Of a DNA stretch of 64,000 bases, positions 1 to 14,000 are shown piece by piece. Location: assembly GCF_963921235.1 (NCBI RefSeq), contig NC_086097.1, forward strand, positions 120,406,001 through 120,470,000, in the 5' to 3' direction. The position numbers were made by a program, and so were the translations under genes. Source of the DNA: Mobula hypostoma (taxonomy: Eukaryota). The notes under the pieces are model-generated. The model searched no databases, was not told the DNA's origin, and saw only the letters and a program-made list of their open reading frames with translations. Positions within the stretch are counted from its first letter, which is position 1. Each line of letters starts with the position of its first letter.

Positions 1-2264
1 GACTGGACTCAGATGTGGAGGAACTGCAGGCTTTCTCTGTCACAGAAGTTGCTGGCACCGACTCAAGCCAGGAGCTGCAGACGGCAGGCTCACGACTCAA
101 CCCAGGGGAGGAATGGCAGGATCCCCAGGAGGAGACCAAAATAAGAGGTTAGACATAAGACTACCCACAGAGACTTGGAGGAACTACTGAACAATCCCAC
201 AAAACAATTCATTCCCTCCAATACAATGACTCTGCTAAGGCACTAACTGAGAGTCCTCTTCAAATAATGATAGAATCCCGGAAACACTTGCCAGGGACAA
301 TTAGCTTGACAAGATTAAACTGAACACCCAAGGGCCTCAGTGGCTCTAGTTAAGATAATGATTAGTAAATACAGGTGCTCAAGAACCCTTGAAGCTCAAT
401 GCTCTGCAGCAAGCTGGGCTCAAGTCATGTGTAGCAATGCAATTCTCATCCATGGTTTTTCCCCTCTGGACAACACCAACACATATCAGACTTGTCTCCT
501 GCTAATTAATTTCTGTAATATTGAAGTTTTCTAATTCTTTGCTGTTCTTGTGCTATCTTGAATAAGGTTGTGATTCAACCATCATCCCTTTCCTTGCTGA
601 TAATTGGTTCCCTGTTCAGCATCACGTTGATATTAAGTTCCCATTTTTTATTGCAGTCTTGCCACTGTCACTCTGTAGTCACCACCAATCCTCAGACATA
701 TCTGCGGACACAATTCTCATCTGTTAGCACCCCAAAAAAAATATTTACAACAGTGCCGTAGCTGCATGAGGTTTCAGCCTCTAGTAATCCCTCCCGAGGT
801 CATTATGCTTCATTACATTTCTTTATCCCTTTAAGATCCTCCATAGAGCTACCACTTAAACCATGCCTTTGACCATCTACTCTAGCTTTTATTTAGGTTG
901 CTGAGCACCAATGTTTAATTGATAATGCTCCAATGGAGAGCCTTGAGCAGTTTGGCTGCACTGAAAGACATTATATAAATGGAAACTGTTGTTATTAGCC
1001 ACATTATTGTTCAGGAGCTTGTAATGGAATATTCAGCCTTCCATCGTAACACTGGAATTCTGTATTTTGTAGTATAAGCTTCTTCATGACTGATATACAG
1101 GGCAAGATGAAAGCTGTTGAAGAGACTGCAATCAAATATCCAACTTATGACATCAGTCTGTCCATGTTAGCTATTCTCAGGAGCATTTTAGTTTGCTTTC
1201 TGTGCAGATGATCTGTTATTTCTCCCAGGAGAGCGGTAACAGAAATCACTGAGTCGCTTGGAAATCTTCACTCTCACAGTTTAAGTTCCCTGTTGCTTAA
1301 CCTTTACTCATTTTTTTCTCTTTCCTTTTTGACATGATAAATGAAACAAATACCAAAGAGTCTTCCTTTATCTCTTTGGAAAAGGCATCCTCTTGAATGC
1401 TGACAGTGATTACTCGCCCTCCCTTGAAACATACTGATGCAAGACAGGTTATTTTTTTCCCCCTGTATTTCCCTCTTTATTATCACAGCTGAATTATTCA
1501 GTAGCACCTGTGAGGACAAAAGAAAGCAAACAATGGCTTGAAAATGTTAAATTTTTATGTTGACTTTTTCACAAACATTTTGGTACGTCTCACAGAGGAA
1601 TGCTAGGTTCCAAACTGAATGCAAATAGAATCCTGACATTAAAGATGTGCCAAATCCTAATACAGCTGTACTTATAACCAATTTCACCCTTTGCTTATTT
1701 GCAATATAACTCTAATAAGAAAAAATATTGATTTTATTACAATGCAAAATCTAAATTAGTACATAATAAACATTCTTGTGTGGGGCCTTTCAATTACCAT
1801 TGTCTCATCTATAAGTACTTCATGTATACACATTAACATTTTACTTTGGAATAAAAATAATCATGTTACTCTCTGATTTTTGGGCAGTATGCACTGAAAA
1901 TGCTTTTGACAGTAATTTTAAACATAGCACTCTCTAAAACCATATCCCTGTGGTTTGAATAGCTGGGAGCAAACATACATAAACATTAAAGAATATTGCC
2001 CATGAAGAAAAAGATGATTAACATGCTTAGCTAATTAATCCCTCAGCATTGAACAATAAAGCACCAGCAGCTGTCTTAAGTGTCACAAACTAATTAGCAT
2101 TATTAATCTTCAGAAATAATTGTCTCATTTGTTCTATTTCATAATATCATTTCTTAATTGTGCATTGGAGATCACCAGTAATAAATGGTGACTCAGAATT
2201 CACCCGCTACTTTTTTTTTGATGAGAAAAACATAAAGATCTTTGGAATCATTCATTTATTTCTT

Positions 2265-2540
2265 TGGAGATACAGTGCAGAACAGGCCCTTCTGGTCCAA
2301 CAAACTGTACTTCCCAGAAACCAACTTATGTAATACTAGCCTAATGAGAGGACATTTGATCATGATCAATTAGCCTACTAGCTGGTAAGTCTGTGGGAGG
2401 AGACCAGAGCACCCCAAGTAAAACCACACGATCACAAGGGAACCATACAATCTCCTTCCAGGCAGTGCTGGTACGGAATTCCGAGCTCTGATACCCATAG
2501 CTGTAATAGTGTCATGCTAATCGCTTCTCTACTGTGCATA
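2265..2540 (-). mobile_element. V-SINE (HE1-like elasmobranch tRNA SINE), degenerate
   Basis: + strand tgtgggaggagaccagagcaccccaagtaaaaccacacg is the reverse complement of the V-domain motif GGGTTTCCTCCGGGTGCTCCGGTTTCCTCCCAC; decayed tRNA-like head at right end. Confidence 0.65.
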
Positions 2541-3289
2541 CAAGACAAAGCTAAAGGAAATTTCAACCAGAAAGGGAACCGAGTAATTGAAATTACTCTG
2601 ACAAATTGTTTCATGCTAACAATTTTATAACTTCAACTCACATAACATTTGATTTCATGCATTAATTTCAATTTGTGCTCCATTATAAATCATGAAATAT
2701 TCCTTCTTGAAAGATTTCCAACATTAGTTTGGATTCTGTGGGCAGTCATCTCTGGCAAACACTGTCTACAGCTCTTGGACCAGTGCAACTGGAGTCAAAG
2801 AACAGCAGATATAATCTGGAATGAGACCACGAAAACCACGGAAAAGGTTTCATTGAAGGTTTATAATAGCTTTTAAAATAAATGACTGCTAATTGTGCAG
2901 GTAATATTGTAAGAATCAGTATTACTAGTGCCAATCTTCTAATGTAAAATGAACCATCTGGCATAGGGCATTACCACTAATCTTTAAGTGAATATTCCAA
3001 TGTGCTATTCTCCCGTTATGGAAGATAACAGCAGCTTCCAAGTGCACTACTTGAGGCCTGAGTTTCACGCTTTATTTTGGTAGTTCTCTTAGATGGGGTG
3101 CAGTCTTTATGCACAGATAAATAATGCAATTGATCTTTGACAACAAATGCAGCTCAGTAATTCCAATGCCCAGGAAGTGATGAATATTTCTGCAAAGTAA
3201 GTGCTGTGGCTCTCTTTTTCTTAAAGTTACTTGTTGACAGCAGCATCAAGGATTTGCAGACCAAACAAGCCTCTAATTACTTACATGCA

Positions 3290-3530
3290 CGTTTCTCCCC
3301 TCACTTTTCTCGCCTACTTTTTACCTTCTCCTTGGGTTCAGGGATGACATTCTTCCACTCTAGGTTCATGGATTATGACATGACAAAGTCAGTCCTGTTG
3401 AAGGTTCTTGGCCCAAAGTGTCGACTGTTCATTTCTTTCCACAGATGCTGCCTGACTTGATGAGTTCCTCTAGCATTTTCCGAGTGTTTGTCAGGATTTC
3501 CAGCATCTGCAGAATCTCTTGTGTTTATAA
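3290..3530 (+). mobile_element. Degenerate Penelope pseudo-LTR fragment
   Basis: agtcctgttgaaggttcttggcccaaagtgtcgactg...agatgctgcctgacttgatgagttcctctagca matches the pLTR tail seen at 33940-34080 and 60420-60565. Confidence 0.7.
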
Positions 3531-5094
3531 CGAGGGCAATGTGGAAATGGACAGGAAATGACCGACTGGGTGAGTGGTTGGCTAGTATGTGAGGTAATGC
3601 TCCCCATCAGCTGTTTACTCTTGGTTCTTGATGAATGGATTTGACATCCCAAATATTTCTCTCCAATCTGGGGGTCAGTGGAGATGTTGCACTTTCATAG
3701 TCTTGTAAGTACAGAGTGATAATTCTGGGGTTTGGTCAAGAATGCACCTGCCTCCAATGCTACCTCTGTTGATATCTTCTGTGTAGACCACAGAACTGCT
3801 TATTTCACTTCTTTTACATCTGTTTTCTTCTTAACTGTGGTCTGGAACTTTTAGAGCCTGCAATTTATAGTTTGGAGATCAATTGAGTAATCCAGTGCTT
3901 TGCTCTCTCTGAGAAGATTCCAGGAAGCAGCTAGCACAAGCCTCGAGATGAGGCATGAGCCGATGTTCAACTCTGTTTCGCTGATTAAAGCTTCCATTAT
4001 TCACTGATTAAAGCAATGAGGAAGATTGAAACATTGAGGCAAATGCGGAACGTGAGCATTGATTACCTGCCTTCTGAGCGCTGATCCAGGGAAAGAACAT
4101 GTGTGGGCTGTCGCCACTCTGTCGTGGGAAAAGGAGCCTGTGTGGCCTATTGCTGTGCCAAAAGGGTAGGTCTCTGCATTTGAGTGCTTCCCTCTCTTTC
4201 ATGGATGTTGGACAATGTTATCGAAATTATGGAATTAGTTTATGGACAGTGGACTTTTTCACTCTTATGTTTTTTTTATATTCTGTGTTTTTACCCATTC
4301 TTTCTCTTTTTTTGTGTGTAGGGGGAAAGGGGTCTGGGGGTTGATGGTCTTGTTGTGTTTTCGTTATTTTTTTTGGGAAGAAGGCGATATGGGGACCAAT
4401 GTTCTTGTTGTGTTTCATGTGTGCGCAGGGGGGGTGTTGCTGTACTTTTTGTATGGGGGTGGGCTTGCTGTTTCTCTCTGAACTGACTTCCATGGGTTTT
4501 TTTTTTGTTTCGTGGCTATCTGGAGAAGAAGAATCTCAGAGTTGGATACTGCATACATACTTTGATAATAAATGAAACTTTGAAACTTTGAACCTTTGGA
4601 CCTTCTTCCTATTATTCTACAATCAGCACAACATACTTAGACAGTGACTGGTTAACAAGGAGCTTTTCATGACCAGTTTCCTCTTAGTTGCAAAGATAAG
4701 CTCCACTCCCACATTAAGTTTGTTTGAGGAGAAGTCTTGCAGTGGGAAAGACAGGACATATTGCATCAAGTCTGTGACACAGTCCTGCTTATTGTTGATG
4801 TTCAACAAGACTGCCTCTGTGGTAGACTTGTCGGGTAGGATTATGGCTTAAATGACACAAACAAAGGATAGAAATGAAACTCTGTGAACAGTCAAAATAG
4901 ACAAGAGTCACTTGCTGTTTCTACCAACTGATGAAAAGAAAGAGCATGTATATTGGTTGGTGCAGCATTCTGTGCAAATCATGTCCAGTTTGACTCTAGA
5001 CTGAGAGAATCCACACAGCAGACAGTGAATGAACCTTCTTTGTAGCTACCTCCTATTACTCTCTTCCCTTTATGCCAAACAAGAAACAGGTAAA

Positions 5095-6660
5095 ATCATA
5101 ATCAGGTACTTTAACTGAGTTTCTTTGAAGAAAACCTTTCCCAGTTACCACCAGTGTATAACCTGCAGCACCAGAGTTCCCAACAGGCTAAATCACTGTT
5201 ACACTAACACAGGAAATGCCTAACATTCCATGCTCAGACCACATTTCAGTAAATCAGAATCAGATCCTTCTACTACATTCATACAAGCAGAAGCTAAAGG
5301 CTCCAGAGGTTAGGACAACAAAGAGGTGCTCACTGGAGGAAATTTCTTCACATTTATATTTATATGATGGGTCTGGGACAGGACTTCTGAGATAGTGACT
5401 CCCAGGTATTTAAAGTTACTGAACCTCTCCACCTCTAATCCTCTGGATTACTGACTTGTGGACGTCTGGCTTCCCTCTCCTGAAGTTTACAATCAGTTTC
5501 TTGATCTTACTGACATTGAGTGAGAGGCTGCTGTTATTATACCACTCAGCCAATTTTTCAGTCTCCATACTTTGTGCTGATTCCTCACCACGTCTGATAC
5601 ATCCCACGAAAGTAGCGTCATCACAAACTTGTATACGGTGTTCGAGCTGTACTTAGCCACACAGTCATAGATGTAAAGCGAGCAGAGATGGGGCTAAGTA
5701 CACATCTCTGTGGTGCTCCTGTGTTGATGGGGATTGTGGAGGAGATGTTTTTGCCAATCTAGACTGACTGGGGTCTACAAGTGAGTAAATCCAGGACCCA
5801 ATTGCATAAGGAGGAATTGAGGCCCAGGTCTTGGAGTTTACAGATTAATTTTGAGGGGATGATGGTGTTAAATGCCAAACTGTAATCAATAAGAAACATC
5901 CTGATGTACGTATCTTTGCAGTCCAGATATTCCTGGATTGTGTGAAGAGTCAACAAGAGAGCATTTGCTAGAGACCCGCTGCTTTGGAAGGCAAAATAAA
6001 ACTGATTCAAGTCACCACTCAGACAGGAGCTGATATGATTCAACACCAGCCTCTCAAAACATTTCATCACGGTGGATGTAAGCACCACTGGCTGATAGTC
6101 ATTTAGACTATCACACTCTTATGGGACACCAGTACAATTGAAGCCTGCTTGAAGAAGGTGTACCACGCTCAGTTGGAGCAAGAGGTTGAAGATATCCCTG
6201 AAAACATCAGCCAGTGGGTCAGCATAGGTCTTCAGTACTCGGGCAGGTACTCTGTTTGGACTGGATACTTTCCTTGGATTCACTCTCTTGAAGGCAGCCT
6301 GCACATCATTTTCAGATACTGTGACCAAAGGATCATTGGGAGATATGGGGGCGAGTGATGGTTCCTCCCTGTTCAGATGATCAAAGCGAGCATAGAAAGT
6401 ATTGAGCTCCTTTGGAAGCAAAGCATTGCTGTCCCTCCTGTCGCAAGATTTAACTTTGTAGGAAGTTATGGCATTCAAACCATTCCAGTCTAGTTCAGAA
6501 TCTCCACTTCACCTGTGAAATGGCTTTTTGAAGATCATACCTGTGCTTCTTGTAGTATTCTTGATCTCCAGAATTGAACGCCTTTGAACCGGCTCTCAGC
6601 AGATTCCGGATTTCATTATTCATCAAGGGTTTCTGATTGGGGAAACCCCAAACAATTTCA
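5095..6660 (-). mobile_element. Rex1/Babar-type LINE fragment (RT on minus 5340-6660; short plus-strand piece 5095-5335)
   Basis: ORFs 5759-6088 (LTSTVMKCFERLV, MFLIDYSLAFNTI) and 6119-6478 (ELNTFYARF, RVNPRK, FRDIFNL). Confidence 0.8.
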
Positions 6661-6669
6661 TGGGGACAC

Positions 6670-9500
6670 ACAGAGACTTGGCCTCCACAGCTGCCTGTGG
6701 CAAGGGATTCCAGAGATTCACTGCTCTCTGCAGAAAGAAATTCCTTCTTCTCAGTTCTAAATGTACGCCACTCTATTCTGAAGCAGTGACCTCTGGTCTT
6801 AGACTCTCCAACCATAGGAAACATCCTCTCCACATCCATTCTATCAAGGTCTTTCAGCATTCAATAGGTTTCAATGAGGTGACCCCCCCATTGGAGGGAG
6901 GGAGAAGATGGCGGTGCGACGCAGCACACATAGCCTCTGCGGTGAAATGATATCGTATCTGTTAAATAGGGGCCGTGCACAATTCTGATTTGGTGGAGAC
7001 AGCCATGAGAGCACGAAGAAACATCTGGAGTAACTTCTGAAATACCCAGTTCGCTGCCGCTGCTACTGTGCAATCGAGAATCTCCGGAGGGAAGGCCCCA
7101 AAATCCTCGGCTTTGCCTGCTGCTGGCGACTGGGGCTGAGGTCGAGGCATTCAACAGAGATGGTGCTCAGTGCTCAGTGTCAGAGGGCTGATCGGAGCTC
7201 GAAGTTTTCAGAAGACTCAGAGTCAGACTGTGGTCGGGTATGGCAGGGAGAGTTTTCTTCCTTCTCCTGTCTGTGTGAGATGTGGGACTTTCAAGAGACT
7301 TTGAACTTTTTACCGTGCTCACAGCATCTTCATCAAGTTACAGTATTGCTTGTACTGTTGTAGCTGTATATTATAATTATGTGATTTTTGTCAGTTTTTC
7401 AGTCTTGGTCTGTCCTGTGTTTCTGTGATATCACACCGGAGGAATATTGTATCATTTCTTAATGCATGCCTTACTAAATGATAATAAAAGGGGACTGCGT
7501 GTCCTCATAATCTAATCATTCTTCTGAATTCCACTGAATACAGGCCCAGAGCCACAAAATGCTCTTCAGGTGACAAGTTGTTTAATCCTGGAATCATTTT
7601 CGTGAACCTCCTTTGAACCTTCTCCAGTTTCAGTACATCCTTTCTAAGATAAGGGTCACAAAACCGCTCACAATACTCCAAATGAGACTTCACCAGTGCT
7701 TTAAAACATCTCAACATTACATCCTTGCTTTTAGATTCTAGTCCTCCTGAAATGAATGTTAACATTGAATTTGCCTTCCTCACCAAAGACTCAACCTGCA
7801 AATTAACTTTTAGGAAAACCTGCACAAGGACTCCCAAATCCTTTAGCCCCTGAGATTTTTGTATTCTCTCTTCATTTAGAATATAGTCAACACTTTCATT
7901 TCTTCTACCACAGTGCACATGATCACACACTTTCTGAAATGGTATTCCATTTACCACTTCTTTGCCCATTCTCCTAATCTGTATAAGTCCTTCTGTAGCC
8001 TCTCTAGTTCCTCAAAACTACCTGCCCTTCCAACTGTCTTCACATCATTGGTGAACTTTGCAACAAAGTCATCAATTCCATCATCCAACTCAGGACATAT
8101 AAGTCCCAAACACAGTCCCAATCAGTCCCAACACAGACGCATGTGGAACAACACTCCTCACTGGCAAGCAACCAGAATAGGCTCCCTATATTCACACACA
8201 TGGCCTCCTGCTAATCTGCCACACCTTTATCCATGCTATAATCTTTCCTGTAAAACCATGGGCTCATAACTTGTTAAGCAGCCTCATTTGTGGCACCTTG
8301 TCAAAGGACTTCTGAAAATCTAAGTACACAACATCAACCAATTGTTCTTTGTCTATCCTGGTAGTTATTTATTTAAGAATTCCAACAGATTTGTCAAGAA
8401 AGATTTTCCCTGGAGGAAATTATGCTGACTATAGCTTAGTTTATCATGTGACTCCAAGTACTCCAAAACCACATCCTTAACAATTGATTCCAACATCTTT
8501 CCAACCACTGAGGTCAGTCTAACTGACCTTGCTTCTTATTCTCTCCCTTCTTGAAGAGTGGAGTGACATTTGCAATTTTCCAGTCTTCCAGAACCATTCC
8601 AGAATCTAATGACTCTTGAAAGATCATTACTAATGCCTCCACAATCTCTGCAGCCACCTCTTTCAGAATCCTGTGTGTACACCATCTGTCCAGGTGACTT
8701 ATTTACCTTCAGACCCCTGACACCTGGAACTTCCACAGTGAAGACTGATACCAAATACTTATTCTGTTTATTCACCATTTCCTTGTCTCCCATTATTACC
8801 TCTCCAGCATCATTTTCGAGTGGTCTGGCATCTACTCTTGCCTCTCTTTTACACTTTATGTATCTGAAGAAACCTTTGTATCCTCTTTAATATTATTGGC
8901 TAGCTTATTTTTGTATTCCATCTGTACCTTCTTAATGATGTTTGTAGTTGCCTTCTGTTGGTTTGTAAAAGCTTCCTATAATTCCCAATAATTTTTGCTC
9001 TATTATATGGGCTTTCTTTTGCTTTTATGTTGGCTTTGAGTTCTCGTCTTAGCTGTCCTTTAAAATAGTTCTTCCGCTTTGGGTCGTCTATATCTTGTGC
9101 CGTCTGAATTGCTTCCAGAAATTCCGGCTATCATCCCTGCCAGTGTTCTTTTCCAATAAGTTCTGGCAAACTCATCTCTCGTGTCTCTGTAATTTCCTTT
9201 ATTCCACTCTAATACTGATACATCTGACTTTAGCTTCTCCTTCTCAAATTTCAGGGTGAATTTGATCATATCATGATCACCCTTTCCTAAGAGTTCTTTT
9301 ACCTTAAGCCTTCTAATCAATTTCAGTTCATTGCATAACACCAATCCAGAATAGCTTATCCCCTAGTGGGCTCAACCACACACTGCTCTAAAAAGCCAGC
9401 TCTAGGTATTTTAGATATTCCCCCTCTTCAAATCCCGTACCACCTGATTTTCCCATTCAGTATGCCTATCGAAATCCCCCATGCCTGTTGTAACATTGCC
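6670..9500 (-). mobile_element. CR1 LINE ORF2 remnant, interrupted by a ~620-bp element at ~6890-7515
   Basis: ORFs 7505-7969 (KDLGVLV, LVKSHLEYC, LEKVQRRFTKMIPGL), 9060-9344 (GKGDHDMIKF), 6495-6860 (SKTRGH). Confidence 0.85.
6890..7515 (+). mobile_element. Non-autonomous retroelement inserted in CR1
   Basis: Starts aagatggcgg, CpG-rich 5' part, ends aataaa...cataatctaatc; splits otherwise contiguous CR1 sequence. Confidence 0.5.
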
Positions 9501-10400
9501 TTTTAACCTTTCACTTCAGCAGTCTGAGGTATCCACCTGCTTTAAGCAGGCTTCAATTATACCAGTGCCAAAGAAAAATGCAGTAAACTGTCTCAATGAT
9601 TATTGTCAAGGAGCACTTACATCCCAGTGATAAAGTGTCTTGAGAGGTCGGTGATGAAACATATCAACTTTTGCCTGACATATAGGCATCCGTTAGTCTC
9701 ATGAGACCATGGATTTGCACTTTGGAAGGTTTCCAGGGCGCAGGCCTGGGCAAGGTTGTATGGAAGACGGGCAGTTGCCCATGCTGCAAGTTGCCCCTCT
9801 CCATGCCACCGATGTTGTCCAAGGGAAGGTCTTTGGGACCCATACAGCTTGGCACCGGTATCGTCGCACAGCAATGTGTGGTTAAGTGCCTTGCTCAAGG
9901 ACACAACACGCTGCTTCAGCCAAGGCTCAAACTAGCAACCTTCAGATCACTAGATGAACGCCTTAACCACTTGCCTGACAAGGGACTTGAATAAGCTCCA
10001 ATTTTCAAACCTGAGCAATAGGTTCACAGCCAGATGCCAACTCATTAACTCTTCACTGAACCATGGAACATCTGAACAGCAAAGATGCATACATCAAATT
10101 GCTCCTTATCAACTACGCAGTAGGGAAATTCTAGGTAGTTTCTAGAGTAGGTTACAGGGTCGGCACAATATTGTGGGTCAAAGGGTCTGTAATATGATGT
10201 TGATATCTATGTTCTACGACTACAGCTCAGCATTCAATTCTATCATTCCCTCAAAACTAAGGAATAATCTTCAAGACCTTGATATCAATGCCTCCTTGTG
10301 CAATGGAAACTTCAATTTGCTCACTTGTAAATCCTAGTCAGTTTAGATTGGCAACAATATCTTTTCCACAGTTTCCATAAGCACAGGTCTGCTTAGATCC
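9500..10400 (+). mobile_element. Rex1/Babar RT fragment
   Basis: Encodes degenerate PTCFKQASIIPVPKK...CLNDY and DYSSAFNSI motifs. Confidence 0.7.
9681..9970 (-). mobile_element. tRNA-derived SINE with 10-bp TSD
   Basis: TSD ttgcctgaca at 9671-9680 and 9971-9980; minus strand begins gtggttaaggcg (A box) ... gtttgagcc (B-box-like) then gtgtccttgagcaaggcacttaacc. Confidence 0.8.
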
Positions 10401-10404
10401 CTGT

Positions 10405-11000
10405 CCCTCATGGCCACAGTAGAGGAGGGCATAGATGGAGATGTGGAATAGGAATTGGAAGTTCAAATAAAATGGGTGGCCACTGAGAGATCCCGCCACA
10501 CTCAGGTTGGAGGAGCAACGCCTTATATTCTGTCTGGGTAACCTCCGACCTGATGGCATGAACATCAATTTCTCAAACTTCCAGTAATGCCATCATCCCC
10601 TTTCTTCTCTATTTCCTGTCGAATTTTCTCTCACCTTACCTCTTTGCCTGTCCTTTGCCTCCCTCTGGTGATCCTCCCCCTTTTTCTTTCTTCCATGGCC
10701 TTCTATCCTCTCCTATTAGATTCCCCCTTCTCCACCTCTGTATCTCTTTCACCAATCAACTTCTTTACCACTCCTCCCCCCCAGGTTTCACCTATCACCT
10801 TGTGTTGCTCCCTCCCCTCCCCCTCCACCCCTTTACTCTTTTCCTCATCTTTTTTTCTCCAGACCTGCTGAGGGGTCTTGGTCCAAAATGTCGACTGTAT
10901 TCTTTTCCGTAGATGCTGCCTGGCCTGCTGAGTTCCTCCAGCATTTTGTGTGTGTTACTTGGATTTACAGCATCTGCAGATTTTCTCTTGCTTCTGATTT
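10405..11000 (+). mobile_element. Penelope GIY-YIG C-terminus + pseudo-LTR, degenerate
   Basis: cactcaggttggaggagcaacgccttatattctgtctggg (LRLEEQ.LIF.LG), polypyrimidine pLTR, degenerate hammerhead ~10862-10897. Confidence 0.8.
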
Positions 11001-14000
11001 CCTAATAGGAAGGTTTATTCATGCTGCACGGTGGGGTTTAAACTAGAGTTGCAGGGCGATGGGAACCAGAGTGCCAGAACAGTGAGTAGAGAGGTTGTGG
11101 AGGCAGATGTTGGTAAGACCTCAGACAAAGTTAAGAATCAAAAGTTTAAGCATGGTGCGACTAGTGTCCTGAGCTGCGTATACTTCAATGCAAGTAGTAG
11201 CGTAGGAAAGGCAGATGATAGTGCTGAAGATGAGGTAGATGATATACAAATAGAGGCAATATGTAGTAAGGAGAGGCTGTTGATAAGGCAAAATTGCAGT
11301 CGACAGAATGAGCTGTTATGTAAAAGGCAGACAAAATCGAAAAGGGTGAATACAGGACTGAATGTGCACAGTATACAAAATCAGGTAGATGAGCTTGTAG
11401 AGGATTATAGCTGTGAGTTTAAGGTTCAAGGAAATACATTATTTTGAAAATACAGGCAGAAAGACAGAGGGATTGTGTGGCTCTGTTGGCAAAAAAATTA
11501 AATCAAAGCATTAGAAAGAGGTGATATGGGGTCAAAATGTGCTGAATCATTGTGGATAGAGCTAAGGTATGAAGACCCTGATGGAGTTATATACAGCCCC
11601 TCAAAGAGTAGTAAGGATGTGATCTACAAGTTACAACGGGATATAGAAAATGAATGCCAAAAGGGCAGTACTAATATAGCCATGGAGGATTTTAAGAGGC
11701 AGGTAGATTTGGAAAATCATATTGGTGCTGGATTCCAAGAGGGGGAATTTCAAGAATGCCACTGAGATGGCTTTTTAGAGCAGCTCATAGTTGAGCCCAC
11801 TTGGGAATCAGCTATTCTGGATTTGGTGTTGTGCAATAAACTGGACTTCAAGCTGTTTGAGCTGACCAGAATTGCACTGAGGGCAGTAAGCGTAAAGGAA
11901 GGGGGCTGGTGATTCTGGTAAATAACAGATGGTGCAATCCTGGGCATATTACGATCAAGGAACGTGTCTGTAGCCCGGATATTGAACTTTTTGCTGTTGG
12001 ACTCCGGCCATATTATTTGCCAAGGGAAATCTCGCATGCAATTGTGGTTGTTGTGTACGTCCCTCCCTCTGCCAATCCGACGTCGGCGTGTAACATCATT
12101 TACACCGTCATAGCCAGATTACAAATCCAGCACTCGAGTGCCCTCATTACCATCTCGGGTGACCTCAACCAGGTTACCAGGTTACCATGGCTAGAACACT
12201 GCCCAACTTCATACAGTATGTGAGCTATACAACCAGAGGGGAGAGGACTCTGGATTTGATGTACGCTAACATTAAGGATGCATACAGCTCCTCTCCCCTC
12301 CCCAACTGGGAAGGTTAGATCACAACCTGGTGCATCTAAAACCCTGCTATGTGCCTCTGGTGAAGAGTAAACCTGCATCCTCGAGGACAGTGAGGAAATG
12401 GTCGGAGGAGGCTTATGGGGCGCTCCAGGGTTGTTTTGAGGTGACAGACTGGCAGGCACTCTGTGAGCCACATGGAGAGGATATTGATGGGCTCACAGAG
12501 TGCATCACTGATTACATCAACTTCTGTGTGGATTGCGATGTTCCGACAAGAACTGTCCTTTGTTATTCAAATAACAAGCCATGGGTAAAAAAAGGACATT
12601 AAGGACATCCTGAACACTAAAAAGAGGGTGTTTAGAGATGGAAATAGGGAGAAGCTGAGGGCAATACAGAGTGACCTGAAAGCCAGGATCAGGGAGGCTA
12701 AAGACAGGTACAGGAGGAAGCTTGAGTGGAAACTCCAGCAGAACAACATGAGAGAGGTCTGGAGGGGGATGAGGACCATCACTGGGTTCCAGCAAACTAG
12801 CAACAGAGGAGCGGAAGGCAGTGTGGACAGGGCCAATGAACTTAACCTGTTCTTTAACAGATCTGACAGTGTGGCCCCTGCCCATCCCACACATGAGCCA
12901 TCTGTTGTCGGCCCCCAACCAACACATATTCCATTCTCCCCTCCTACCCCTCCTCACAGACCCCCACCCTACTCTTATGACTATATGCCTTCCCACACGA
13001 AACCACCACGGTGGGCTTCACAGCTCTACAGGTGAGAAGACAGCTGAAACGTCTCAACCCAAACAAGGCTGCAGGACCGGATTCTGTCAGTACCAGGGTG
13101 CTCAAAGCCTGTGCCCCTCAGCTATGTGGAGTATTCAACCTGAACCTGAGGCTCCGGAGGGTTCCTGTATTGTGGAAGACGTCCTGCCTCGTCCCTGTGC
13201 CAAAGACGCCGCGCCCCAGCGGCCTCAATGACTACAGACTGGTGGCAATGACCTCCCACATCATGAAGACCCTGGAGAGACTTGTTCTTGAGCTGCTCCA
13301 GCCTATGGTCAGGCCACACTTAGATCCCCTCCAGTTCGCCTACCAGCCCCGACTAGGAGTTGAGGATGCCATCGTCTTCCTGTTGAACCATGTCTACACC
13401 CACCTGGACAAGCCAGACTGTTTAACTGTTTATGGTTCTATTACTATTTATTATTTATGGAGCAACTGTAATGAAAACCAATTTCCCCTGGAATTAATGA
13501 AGTATGACTATGACTATGACTATTTTATTAGAGAGCCTAAGGTAACAGAACCCTAAGGGCATATGATCATGATATGACTGGATACACGGTGAAGTTTGAG
13601 AAGGAGAAGCTGAAGTCAGCTGTATCAGTATTATAGTGGAGTAAAGAGAATTACAGAGGCATGAGAGAGAAGTTGGGCAAAATTGATTGGAAAAGAACAC
13701 TGGCAGGGATGATGGCAGAGCATGAATGGCTGCAATCTCTGGAAGTAATTCAGAAAGCCTAGGATATATACATCCCAAAGAGGAAGAAATATTCTGAAGC
13801 AAAGATGACATAACCATAACTATCAAGAGAAGTCAAAGCCAATACAAAAGACAAAGAAAAGGTATATAATAGATCAAAAATAAGTGTGAAGTCAGAGGAT
13901 TAGGAAACTTCTTAAAACCAACAGAAGGCAACTAAAAGGTTATTAGGAAGGTAAAGATGGAATGCAAAAATAAGCTAGCCAATAATATTAAAGAGGATAC

